This document shows, piece after piece, positions 26,273-38,946 of a stretch of DNA of 64,000 bases. Position numbers and translations under genes: made by a program. The stretch's first letter is position 1. Each line of letters begins with the position of its first letter. This stretch comes from Octopus vulgaris (lineage: Eukaryota): the NCBI GenBank assembly GCA_951406725.2, contig OX597817.1:77252001-77316000 (forward strand), read 5' to 3'. The notes beneath the pieces are model-generated. The model saw only the letters and a list, made by a program, of their open reading frames with translations. It had not been told where the DNA came from and did no database searches.

Positions 26273-27637
26273 AACACAGAAAGAAACAAGGAGAGAAAAT
26301 AAAGAATGTGTAGTGGGATTTGGTAGACAGAAACTGAAAGAAGCCCATCGTATTTCAACTGTGAAAGTTGAAGAATGCAAAGTAGTCACTATAAAAATAT
26401 AAAGAATGGCAGAAACACACATGCACACACATACAGAGAATGTGTGTGACAGATGGATAAACAAACAGACAGACAGGTAGATAGACAGACAGATATGTGC
26501 CAATAGAGAGGTAGATATATGTTTGTGTATGTGAGTATGCATGTGTGTCTGAGTGTTCAACTACAGAGAGGAGAGGAGGGGGAGGAGGAGAGAAAGCAAA
26601 GAGACTAAGAGATTGTTATACAGGTCAGATAGATAAACAAGTAAACAGTCAACAAGTAAGACAGACAGATAGGAAGATAGCATTGACTTGTGTGTGAGTG
26701 AGAGGGAGAGAGAGAGAGAGAGAAAGAGACAGAGAGTGCTGAAGATTGGCATACAGACTGACAGAATGAACGAGTATGATAGACAAACAGTGACCAACAG
26801 ACAGAGAAGCCAAGACAGAGAGAACAGGGGGGAGGACAAGCAAGAACTGACAAAGAAATACCATTTGGCCCAAAATACCAAAATAGAGAGATGATAGATG
26901 ATAGACAGACATAACGTGCTTTGATTAAAGTGCACAACGCAAGTACTATATGGGATGCAGGCCAATGTGGAGTTTGTATGTGGATGCTAACCTACTAGAA
27001 ATAGCAACCAAATTTCCATCAGTCACACCTTATGGTGCCAAAAAAAATTTTATTATCATTTATTCATTTGGTCAGGTGATTTGTCAGACCAGTGTAATTC
27101 TCCAATGCCAAAATATTCCAGTCTTCTGTAGAAATCTTCATAGTCCCAACTTGATATCGTGTGTCTTTCACAAGTTGACTGATATATGGTCTTCTTGATC
27201 TGTGGAAGTGCATGGCTTAGTGGTTAGGGTGTTGGACTCATGATCGTAAGAATCATCATCATCATCATCATTTAACATCCGTTTCCATACTGGCATATGT
27301 TGGATGGTTTGACCAGAGCTGGTAAACTAGGGAGCTGTACCAGATTCTCTACAGCCGGATGCCTTTCCTAATGTCAGCTACTTAACAGATCGTGCTGAAT
27401 ACTTTTATGTGGCACCACACAAGCATGTAACAGATAAAGAAGTTTGCATCATCATCATCATCATCATCATCACTATTTTAACATCCACCTCTTTGAGCTT
27501 ACAGGGGTCAAACAGAATTTGCTGAGGCAGATTTCTTATGGCCAGATGTCCTTCTTATTGCCAATCTTCATTAGTTTCCAAGGTCATATTTTCTTAATGG
27601 TAAGACATATATCTACAGAATATCAGAAACTTATATA

Positions 27638-28441
27638 CAGGGTGTGGCTAATATATTGTTGTCTAAATTACACAAAAATGAAAATATCTTGAAATACTAA
27701 AGAGTAAATTCATTCAATGGAATCACCATTGTCTTCAACCACAGCCTCCAGACGACTTTGGAATTTCCTGCAATTCTTCTGGGCGGTCTCCTTGTTTAAG
27801 TTGGTGAATACTTTTAGTTCGTCTTTGGTGTTACAAGGCGTTTTGTTGGTCTCTCGCTCAACTGCACCCCACACATAATAGTCAAAGGGGTTGCTGTCTG
27901 AGGAGTTAGGTGGCCAGATGTTAGGGGTGGTGTGGTCGCAGAAATTGTCTGGTTCTCCTGCTTGTATGGCATGGTGCAGAGTCCTGTTGTCAGATATAGG
28001 GTCTTCCAGTAGCCACTCTCTTAACCCAGGGCAGCACTACCTCCTCCAGGCACTTGATGTAGGCCTTCATGTTAAGTGTGAGGCCATGTGGGAAGATGAA
28101 TGGAGGCATAACATTGCCATCACTAGTGATCACTCCAAACACTATGATGTTGACTGGATGTTTGATTTTTATCACTCTTGGTACATATTTTGGGGACATG
28201 GCAAGCCAACGGTTATTCTGTGTGTTCCCCATCTGATTGTACTGGTACTTAGAGCACAAATGACAAGCAGTAAAGCATATCATTTCTCAATATCTGAATG
28301 AATTGTGTTATGGTGCTGTTTTTCTCACATACGGTGCCTAACTGACCCTACTATACTCTGCAGTCAACAAAATCCAAAAGAACAACGCACAAGCATGAAA
28401 TTAAAAATACAAAATGGTAGAAATTTTCCCATCGCACTCTG
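27638..28441 (-). mobile_element. Decayed, internally deleted Tc1/mariner-superfamily DNA transposon (maT/DD37D-like)
   Basis: Minus-strand translation across a stop and a frameshift: HPVNIIVFGVITSDGNVMPPFIFPHG...EEVVLPWVKRVATGRPYI*QQDSAPCHTSRRT / IWPPNSSDSNPFDYYVWGAVE...RLEAVVEDNGDSIE*. The QQDxAPxH and WPxxSPDxNPxDY motifs are typical of this family. Flanked by TA dinucleotides with degenerate TIRs (TA|CAGGGTGTG ... CGCACTCTG|TA). Confidence 0.88.
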
Positions 28442-29099
28442 TACAATGCGTGTACTGATATATATCCATATATCTATATATATATATATATATATGCATA
28501 TATATACGATGGGATTCCACACAGTTTCCATTTACCAGATTCACTCACAAGGCATTGGTTGATCCAGGTCTATAGTTCATGACACTTGTCCAAGATGCCA
28601 TGCAGTAGGATTGAACCTGAAACCACACTGGGTGCAAAGCAAGCTTCTTAACCACTCAGCCATGCCCGAACCTATATTTGGCAAATACAACCAAAGAAAT
28701 AAGAGTAAAGAGGAATTTTAAGGAGGAGGAGAGAGGAAGAGAGAGTAAAAAGATGTAGGTAAAGAGAAAGAAAGAAGGAGAAAAAGGGAGAAAAGGAGAG
28801 ACTGATAAATAGATGGACTGAGTGAGATAGACAACATGGCAAAGGGAGACAGTGGAAGACAGAGAGATAGAAGAACATAAAGGAGAGACCAAAAGGATAG
28901 AAATGGAGGTGGGTGAGTTGGTGGTAAGGTGGATGTGTGGAGAGGTGAGTAAAAAAAGAAAGACAGAAACAAGGATAGAACTAGAGAAAAAACAAACAAA
29001 CAAACCAAACAAACAAACAAACAAATAAAACATGAATAACAAAAGAAACAAAGGAGAGGAGAAACAGATAACAAAAGTAGACTGAGATGTACAGGTAGG

Positions 29100-29145
<46 letters not shown>

Positions 29146-29168
29146 TGAGAAACAGAGGGAAGGAGGGT

Positions 29169-29205
<37 letters not shown>

Positions 29206-29337
29206 AGAGAGGCTAATAGACAGATGTGAATTGATGGCTAAATAGCAAAGTCTGGCTGTGATTGTCTGCTTCATTTAGCCTACAGGGAACACTGCAACTA
29301 GGAGCTAACAATAAACAAGACCAACAACAACAACAGC

Positions 29338-29386
<49 letters not shown>

Positions 29387-29442
29387 GTAATAGTAATGAT
29401 AGAAACAATAACAAGAACAAGAGCTATGTAATAATACTTTGC

Positions 29443-29481
<39 letters not shown>

Positions 29482-29590
29482 CAGTATGAAATGAAAACAA
29501 AAGCTTAACAAGATCTTCTTTAGAAGAGAAAATGAAAGTGAGGACAAAAGAGAGAGAGGGAGGGAGAGAGAGAGAGGGAGGGAGGGAGAG

Positions 29591-29641
<51 letters not shown>

Positions 29642-30112
29642 GTAGAGGACAAGAGGATGAAAAGGAGAGGTTAGCCGGTAATTACTCAATGTTTCGTAAT
29701 GAAGATAGCAGCAACCATAGGATGATGAAAACAAAAAAAAAACAAAAACAAAATAAAACACCCTAAATAAATAAATAAATAAAAGAAGAAAAAAAAAACA
29801 CCAAACTCCAACAAAATGATCGATAGAGAGATGTAGATGATGTGAAGAATAGGGACAAGCAGAACAGGTCTGGTGAACAACAACCGAGTTATCATTGAAG
29901 CCATAGCTTAGCTTCGGGAGGTTGGGGGGTGGGGGTGGAGGTGAAACGATGGTGGCGGAGGTGTGGTTGTGGTGAGGTTGAGTTGAGCTGATCTGCAAGA
30001 GCAAAACAAGAAAAAGAAGAAAAAAACATTGAAGAGACCCATGTCAATGTAATTACCACATTTTTATTCATGCATAGATATATAAGCACATATACTGATA
30101 TATATCCATATA

Positions 30113-30164
<52 letters not shown>

Positions 30165-30167
<3 letters not shown>

Positions 30168-30492
30168 TCATCATCATCATCGTTTAACGTCCGTTTTCCA
30201 TGCTAGCATGGGTTGGACGGTTCAACTGGGGTCTGGGAAGCCAGTAGGCTGCGCCAGGCCCAGTCTGATCTGGCAGTGTTTCTACAGCAGGATGCCCTTC
30301 CTAACGCCAACCACTCCGTGAGTGTAGTGGGTGCTTTTTACGTACCACCTGCACAGGTGCCAGACGAGGCTGGCAAACGGCCATGATTGGATGGTGCTTT
30401 TTACATGCCACCGGCACGGAGGCCCGTCGGGGCGGTGCTGGCAACGGCCACATTCGGATGGTTCTCTTATGTGCCACCGGCACTGGTATCAC
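30165..30492 (-). mobile_element. Non-autonomous retroposon family D with (GAT)n tail and internal ~60-bp tandem units
   Basis: Plus strand reads (CAT)nCGTTTAACGTCCG.TTTCCATGCT.GCATGGGTTGGACGG...GGATGCCCTTCCTAACGCCAACC. Near-identical copies at 31066-31330 and 40435-40875; opposite-orientation copies at 15130-15843 and 41370-41660. Confidence 0.8.
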
Positions 30493-30563
30493 AATGTTAA
30501 ATAAAATGAGGCAACAAAGCCAATTCTGTATGGAATTTCTAGGACATTTCTAAAGAGATAGGT

Positions 30564-30612
30564 AGTCTCACAGCTGTTTCTGGTATATCAGGGATATCCC
30601 TTCATCAGAGAC
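30564..30612 (-). ncRNA. Minimal type I hammerhead-ribozyme-like motif (probably inactive)
   Basis: Minus strand: GTCT-CTGATGA-A-GGGATATC(CCT)GATATACC-A-GAA-ACAGCTGT-G-AGAC. It has the intact core, helix II, a palindromic helix III and a 4-bp helix I, but G at the cleavage position. Confidence 0.6.
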
Positions 30613-31803
30613 GATATGAGAGAGTTAAATAGAGGGAAATAGTAGATTGCGGTTTCAATCCCTGGACTGGGCAATGTGTGTTCTTGTGCTAAACACTTTA
30701 TTTCACATTGCTTCAGTCCACTCAGCTGGCAAAACTGACTGATCCTGTGATGGACTGGCGTCCCATACAGGTGGGGAATATATACACCATGGAAACCAGG
30801 AAACTGAGTCTGTATGACTCTATATGACATGAGAAAGGGATTCACCACTTAATTACACACACGTACACACGCACACACACAGACATACTCAGTACTGTCC
30901 ATTGGACTGGGGGGGGGTCCGTTTTGCTCGTATGTGTGTGTGTGTGTGCATGTATTTGAGTCTATGTTTATCCCCTACCAGTACAACCAGTGTTGGCATG
31001 TTTGCATCCCTGTATCTAAGTGGCTAAGACTAATAAAGAAAGACAAAAAAGTACTGGGGTCAATTCATCATCATCATCATCATCGTTTAGCGTCTGCTTT
31101 CCATGCTGGCATGGGTTGGACGGTGCAACTGGGGTCTGGGAAGCCAGAAGGCTGCACCAGGCCCAGTCTGATTTGGCAATGTTTCTACGGCTGGATGCCC
31201 TTCCTAACACCAACCACTCCATGAGTGTAGTGTGTGCTTTTTACGTGCCACCTGCACAGGTGCCAGACAAGTCTGGCAAACAGCTACGGTCGAATGGTGC
31301 TATTTACGTGCCACCGGAGGCCAGGCGGGCAGTGCCCCAACATGGCTGCAGTATAATGACTGAAACAAGTAGAAGATAAAAGATCTATTTATCTAGCAGT
31401 CCATACAGATAAAAGCATAAATAGATAGACAGACAGACAGACAGGTAGGCACAGACTATAATCATGTTTATGTTTATGGCAATAAGACAAATAGTGAGTG
31501 ATGAAATTTTCTGTTGGAGGCAAGAATTGTAATTCTGATTATTGTTCACAATGTTTGTATCTACATGTGTGTATAAAGACTGATGTACATGCATAATACA
31601 TTGATATATATACAAATAAGCCCTCTGTATTTTTTATGCACATCTCATAACACATGCACACACACATACATACACACACACACACACACACATACATACA
31701 CACACACATACATACACACATATATGCAGATATGCACTGTAACAAATTCATCAGTGAAAAACAAAAGTGTTTTAAATGTCTGTCTGAAGGAATGTATAGG
31801 TAC

Positions 31804-31836
<33 letters not shown>

Positions 31837-32916
31837 CATGTATGTATGTATATATGTGTGTGTGCGTGAATCTGTGTATGAGTGTGAGTGTGTGTGTATT
31901 TGCCTGCATTTCTGTGGGTGTATTTGTAGATATAAATATGCATATATATATATATGCATGCAAACATGTATAGGTGAGTGTGTGTATGTGTGTATTTGCA
32001 TGCATTTGAGACTTTGTACGTATATATATATATATATATGTGTGTGTGTCTGTGTGTATATAGATATGTCTGTGGGAATATATGTATATATATATGTCTA
32101 CGTGTGCATCTGCGTGTATATTTGCATGTATATATGCATGTGTATGTGTGTGCGTATGTGTGTGTGTTCATATGGATGTATGCATCTGTGTACACAGGAA
32201 GTTCACAAATTCAGGTAAAGTGATTGCTTTGTGTGGAAACCTTTGCAGTGACTGGCAATGGCAGCGGAGACTGTGGTGGTGGTGGTGGTGGAGGTTGTGG
32301 TGGCGTTGGTGATGGTAGTGGTGGCGGTGATGGTGATGGTGTTAGGGAGCAGCGGAGGGTGATAATAGCCCTGTAATTGTAGTGCATGTTTGTTGTAAGA
32401 GCAATAGTTTAGTATTTGTCTTATGTTTGTCTTGTTTCTTTTGTTTACTTCTTGCTTTGTTTATCTTTTAGGGTTGATTTTTCTTTCATCAAGTGAGAGG
32501 GTTGAGGGGGAAGAGGTGGGGGTGAGGTTGTTCACAGGATTGCTTTTTTTTGGTTGTTTACTTTTTACCATTTTTTTTGTTTTGTTTTGCACACGCAGAC
32601 ACTTATACGACACATACATACATATATACAAATGCACATGTACACACATGCACACGCACAAAGACATGTATACACTACACACACACATATACATATATAT
32701 ACACACACACACACACACACAGACATTCACTTGCCCTACCATCTCTTTGTAGAAAGGTATGCTGTGAGTAATCAAAGGGCAAAGGTCGAAATGGTAAGAG
32801 TTGCATGTCACGGTGGGTCATTCAGAACAAGTCCCTGCTCCTCCTGCTTTCAGATCCTGCTCTCCACATACATACACAGACACAGACGCACACATACACA
32901 CACATAACACAACACA

Positions 32917-32953
<37 letters not shown>

Positions 32954-33649
32954 CCACCCAGACTGGATTGAACTACAGTTTATAAATAAAGGCAAAAATC
33001 CAAGCAGAGAAGAAGGAAGAGAAGCTACAAATGGGGTGAGATGATGAATGAAATGTTAAGATAGAAAGAGAGAGGGGGAGGGAGAGAGAGAAAGAGATAG
33101 CTTGAGAGAGAGACAGACAGACAGACAAGCAGACAGACAGACTGAGATGAATGAAGGAAGGAAGGAATGAGGCACAGGGTGAGATATAATAAGGATAGGG
33201 TGGATTGGGTGGGAAAGGAAAGAGAGGCAGGAGGTGAACAGATATTTAAAAGAGAGGATCTTCAAAAATATTTTTGTTGGATTGGTCTGGTGAATTAGTC
33301 TGGTTGCCATGACCTTCCAGGATGAAAGGGTGGAGAAGACAAGAGTTGAGATACAGGTAGATGCAAGGAAAATGTTGAAAGAAAAAGGGCTAAATAAATA
33401 GATACATACATACATAGTTAGATAGATCAATATCTAGAGAGACAAATGTGTGTGTGTATATATATATATACACACACACATAGGTGCAGGTTTGGCTGTG
33501 TGGTAAGTAGTTTGCTTACCAACCACATGGTTCCGGGTTCAGTCCCACTGCATGGCACCTAAGGCAAGTGTCTTCTACTATAGCCTCGGGCCAACCAAAG
33601 CCTTTTGAGTGGATTTGGTAGACGGAAACTAAAAGAAGCCTGTCGTATA

Positions 33650-33680
<31 letters not shown>

Positions 33681-34079
33681 CTAATATGCCTAAAGAGTGA
33701 TGAAGTGGCAGGAGGAATGAGATATTAAAGACAGAGGTGTGAAAATGTATAAAAAAATATTAGTGAAAATGGAATAAATATTTCACAGATATTTCACAGA
33801 AAATGGTTCATAGTGGCTCAGGTGCAAGTATAACAGAGTAGTTAAGAAGCTTGCTTCCCAACCGTGAATTTTTGGGTTCAGTCCCACTGTGTGACATCAT
33901 GACCATGAGTCCACTACTACAGCACTGAGCTGATCAAAGTTTTGTGAATGGGTTTGGTAAACGGAAACTGAAGGAAGCTTGTTGTGTAAATACAATGATT
34001 ATGCACGTGGGTACCTCAGTCAAGAAATGATGTAACAGCTTTAGACAAGTGTCACTGTCATACAAGCAATGCTTATTAA

Positions 34080-34296
34080 CCCTTTCATTACCGTATTTAT
34101 TTCAAGATGCTTTGTGTTTCTTTCAATTACTTTAAATATAACAAAGAATTTAGTAAAATAACTTAGTTATCATTCAGATAGTGTTAAGATAAATTGTGAC
34201 TAAGGTTTGGTGGAAGATTTTAATTGAATACTTATGAAAACAAGACATTTGTACCCAGAGCCAGAGCTGGTTTCAGCCAGGTTGGTAACGAAAGGG
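34080..34296. mobile_element. piggyBac-type MITE (TTAA target site, 13-bp TIR)
   Basis: TTAA|CCCTTTCATTACC ... GGTAACGAAAGGG|TTAA, with 12/13 TIR match. An inverted homologue lies at 9591-9803. Confidence 0.85.
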
Positions 34297-34575
34297 TTAA
34301 TCCTCTTTTGTTAAATTCTTGCTCAAAAGAATTGTTCTTGTAATATCAATATAATATTATATCTATCTCCCACTTGTTTTAAAATTTAATTAGTGCCTGA
34401 TTAGGAAGATTGAGCACAGTTGAGTATATATATATATTTTACACAGGTGCTCCAGCATGGCCACAGCCTCTAGCTGAAAGGAATAAAAAAATAAAGAAAG
34501 GACATTTGAGCTGCCACAAATATTCAGCTGGTCTTGGTCTATGACAGCATTTCCTCAATTTAAAAAAATTTTTTT

Positions 34576-34962
34576 AGGAGTGGGTGTGTGGTAAGTAGCT
34601 TGCTTACCAACCACATGGTTCTGGGTTCAGTCCCACTGCGTGGCACCTTGGATAAGTGTCTTCTACTATAGCCTCAGGCCAACCAAAGCCTTGTGAGTGG
34701 ATTTGGTAGACAGAAACTGAAAGAAGCCCGTCATATATATGTATATATATGTGTATATATGTATGTCTGTGTTTGTCCCTCCAACATCGCTTGACAACCG
34801 ATGCTGGTGTGTTTATGTCCCCGTCACTTAGTGGTTTGGCAAAAGACACCGAAAGTACTAGGCTTACAAAGAATAAGTCCTGGGGTCGATTTGCTCAACT
34901 AAAAGCGGTGCTCCAGCATGGCAACAGTCAAATGACTGAAACAAGTAAAAGAGTAAAAGAGT
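34576..34962 (+). mobile_element. SINE family B (~390 bp, internal TA/TG microsatellite, GTAAAAGA-repeat tail), near full length
   Basis: Reads GTGTGGTAAGTAGCTTGCTTACCAACCACATGGTT...GGTTCAGTCCC (B-box-like)...GGAAACTGAAAGAAGCCCGTC...ATGACTGAAACAAGTAAAAGAG. More than a dozen full or partial copies occur in the window. Confidence 0.85.
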
Positions 34963-35852
34963 ATGTTAATGCCGATGTTTATAAAAACTACCAACACTCT
35001 CATATTGGTCGCTCGCTCAATCATCTGTTGATGAAGACAAGGTATGTATATATAATAAATACTATATAAAACGTTTCTGCAAGTAACATTAATCGACATC
35101 CAATGAAAATGATATAGAAAATAGATATGTTTATTTTAATGCCTAAACTATGATTTATTTTCCAGGTGTCCTTCTGTTTCAGTGATGTTTATATATTTAT
35201 ATTCAAGAAACATAAAACAGAGGTAGATATATGAACATGAACATTGATAGATGGATGTTTGGATGGTTAGATAAATAGACAACCTAAGAAAAATTCAAAC
35301 TAGTTCAATCTACAGTTTTTTAAAACTTTTGCAGTAAATCTTTAAACAGATGTGAACACATCTTGTTCTCTCTTTGAACAGGTTTTTTTCTTTTCTTTTC
35401 TTTTTTTTTTATTTTTGAAGAACAAAACTAAGGAAAACAAGATCTATTCATATCTGTTTAAAAGTTTCTCCATGAAAGTCTTAAAAACTGTAGGTCAGCT
35501 CCTTCAAAAATTTTCTAGGGGTTTTGAAATATATGCCACCAACACTACTGCCATCATCAGCGTCATCGTCATCATCATCATCATCATTTTAATGCATGGG
35601 TCAGATGTGGTTTGTTGAGGCAAGTTTTCTTCAGCTAGGTGCCCTTCCTGTCACCAACCTTCACCTGTTTCCAAGCAAGGTAATATTTTCCAAGGCCAAA
35701 CACTTTTTCCACAGAAGGTCAGAAATGAACAACACCACTTGCATGAAGGTGATGCTTGTTTGGGACCATTATGTGGTGACATCAAAAGATACACACATGT
35801 ATATATATATATGTATGTATATATATATATCTGTCTATCTATACACACACAC

Positions 35853-35901
<49 letters not shown>

Positions 35902-36221
35902 AATATGTTGAGATAAATTTATTCATATATACATATATGTATATATCCCCCCTTTTCTATCATAGGAGGCTCAAGCACTTTCACATACATGATACACAAG
36001 GCGAAACTTCTTCTACAAAATTCACTTTTGCCAACCTTGGTTGATCCAAGGCTATAGCAGAAGACACTTGCCTAAGGTGCTGTGCAATGAAACTGAACCG
36101 GATTTCATATGGCTGGAAAGGTTTAAGTAATTAACAGCAGGCAGCTTTTTGAAACGTGTAGATTATATAAAACATATAGTGCCAGTTACATTTTCTATGT
36201 TCTTTAAAATATATGTGGGTG

Positions 36222-36401
36222 TATGATAAGAAGCTTGCTTCCTAACCACATGGTTCTGGGTTCAGTCCCAGAGCGTGGCACCTTGGGCAAGTGTCTTCCA
36301 CTATAACATTGGGCTGACCAAATTATTGCAAGTGGATTTGGTAGAAGTATTCTGAAAGAAGCCCGTCAGTTATATTTATATATATATATATATGTGTGTG
36401 T

Positions 36402-36432
<31 letters not shown>

Positions 36433-36675
36433 GGTGTGTGTGTGTGTGTGTGTGTATGTATCTGTATACATGTATGCATTCGTGTGTTCTCTCACCATTG
36501 CTTGACAACTGGTGCTAGTTTGTTTATGTCTCTATAAGCTAGCAGTTCGGCAAAAGAGACTGATAGAATAAGTACTTGACTTGCAAAGAATAAGTCCTGG
36601 GGTCGATTTGTTTGACTAAAAGGCGTTGCTCTAGCATGGCCGCAGTCAATTGATTGAAACAAATAAAAGAATGAA
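36222..36675 (+). mobile_element. SINE family B copy
   Basis: Colinear match to the 34576 copy with an expanded (TG)n middle. Confidence 0.8.
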
Positions 36676-36739
36676 AGCATATATACATGTACATGTGTGT
36701 GTGTGTATATATATATATATACATACAGATACATATACA

Positions 36740-36785
<46 letters not shown>

Positions 36786-38052
36786 TATTGAGGTTTAACC
36801 ATGTAAGAAAACTTTTGGCAGTGCAAGGTAGAAATTTTACACCATGCCTACTGGATAATCAATAAGCAGTCAGAGTTGAGGGTAGACTTGTAGCCCAAAA
36901 GCTCGGTCAGAGAGTATGATCAGCTCTGGGTCAGGTCACGACTGATTTGCATGTGTCTGAGATGAAATGACCATGCATCATGAGTATATATATATATATA
37001 TATACATATGTGTATGTGTGTATATTCATGTTTGTGTGTGTACATGTGTGTATGTGTGTGTATGTATATATGTATATATATGTATGTATATATATAGGTA
37101 TACTTGTGTGTTATTTAGCAAAGTAAATCATGAAACCAAGATTGATTAATTGGTGAAAAGCAAATTACAAAAAGAAAAAACAAAAAATGGCAAAAAAGGT
37201 GTCCATTGGTATCTTTTGTTTCTTGTATTTTGTTGTTGTTGTTGCTGGTGTATTACCGTATTTATTTATCTGATGTAGAGAAGAAAACCAAACAAAAAAA
37301 CAAGAAAAAAAAAGAAAACAACTGAGAAATTAAAAAAATGATATAAAAAAAATCCCAATCCCTGCCCCACCTTCACCATCATTGTCCAAATAGTTGAACA
37401 CTTGACTCACAAAAGCAACACCAAAAACAACTATTGCAGTCAGCAGAGTAGTAGTAGCAGCAGTAGTGGTAAGAATTAAGACACAGAAGGTAGTAGTTTC
37501 CTGTGTTTGAGTTATTAACTCTGGAATTTTACACAGAATAATCACTTACCTGTGTACTTCCTCCCACCCACTACTCCCTTACCCAGTCACTCATCCCAGA
37601 AGGAACACCATCTCTTGCCCCACCTCACTGCTTTGCTTACTACAAACTTTTGTGTGTCCTCCCCTGCCATCCCAACCCCAAAACTGCCTTTTGGACATCC
37701 ATTGACTCTTTCTCTCAACTTTCTCTCTCCCTCTCTCTCTCCATGTCCCAAGCCATTTTCTCCAGCATGCCCACCAATCAGTCAAACACACAATGACTAT
37801 TACACAGAGATATATACACAGAGACACATACACACAGAGACTCTCTCACACACATACACACACACACAGGTAATTACAACAAAGGGTGAGTTAACCTCTT
37901 TCTTAAACCATATAATCAGTCAGAGGTTTAACCATGAAACAGATCAAATACACTCCTTCTCTTTCCGTACCAGCTTGATCTTTAAATAACAGAATCTCTT
38001 CTTGGCTTTAACTTGATCTCCAGTAAACTCCATACATTTGTACAACAACAAC

Positions 38053-38084
<32 letters not shown>

Positions 38085-38085
<1 letters not shown>

Positions 38086-38621
38086 GAATGAGAGAGCAGT
38101 GCATGCCATCAAAGTGACACTAGGGTAAAATATACAAAGCCCAGTATACCCATCATGATAAAGGTACACCATGCATATGCATCACAACCATATGTGCGCA
38201 ACATGGTGATCTCATATCAAGACAAACAGTATATGACCTTGCAGGTGGGGCCCACTTAGAATTTTGTTCAGGTCAAGTATCCCATCCTGCTCAAAAGGTC
38301 CATGAATAAGGGTTGTTTAAGGATGATGAACAAAACACCCATGTTTCCAGAGTTGAATTATCCAAACCCCAAAAGAATTCCTCTCAACACATGGCTATGA
38401 TGTTACCCCACTACTTCTGCTTGTGATCAGAGCTGCACATATCGTCAGCCACTAAGGGACATGCTCAACTGGTGAAGGTCAATCAACTGACAAGCAAATC
38501 TGTGGTATTGAGCAGAATATTTGTTGTAGCCCATCTTTTATACCAAGACAAAACAATGTACAAGATAACACTTCCATTCTGTTACGATCAGAAGCCACAA
38601 GAGCCACTGCCTGGTACTGCA
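38085..38621 (-). mobile_element. Family E repeat, inverted copy
   Basis: TGA.TGAGAGAGCAGTGCATGCCATCAAAGTGACAC...GCCTGGTACTGCA is the reverse complement of 11650-12195. Confidence 0.8.
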
Positions 38622-38622
38622 A

Positions 38623-38679
<57 letters not shown>

Positions 38680-38910
38680 CATTACTATTGTTGTTATTGA
38701 GGTAGTATGCTAGCAAAATCATTAGTATGGCATATAAAATGACTAAAAACATTTCCTCTGGCTCTTTATGGTCTTAGTTCAAATTCTATCAAGGTCAACT
38801 TTGATTTTATCCTCCTGGGATCAATAGAATTGTTGACCTTGGTCAAAATTAGAAAGAATTATTATTATCATTATTATTATTATTATTATCATTATTATCA
38901 TTATTATTAT

Positions 38911-38946
<36 letters not shown>

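Noticed and set aside
29235-29246. GCTAAATAGC as a MEF2 site
   Set aside because: Only two A/T bases between CTA and TAG; does not fit CTA(A/T)4TAG.
35020-35080. TTGATGA...AAAACGTT resembling a hammerhead remnant
   Set aside because: No credible helix II or helix I pairing.
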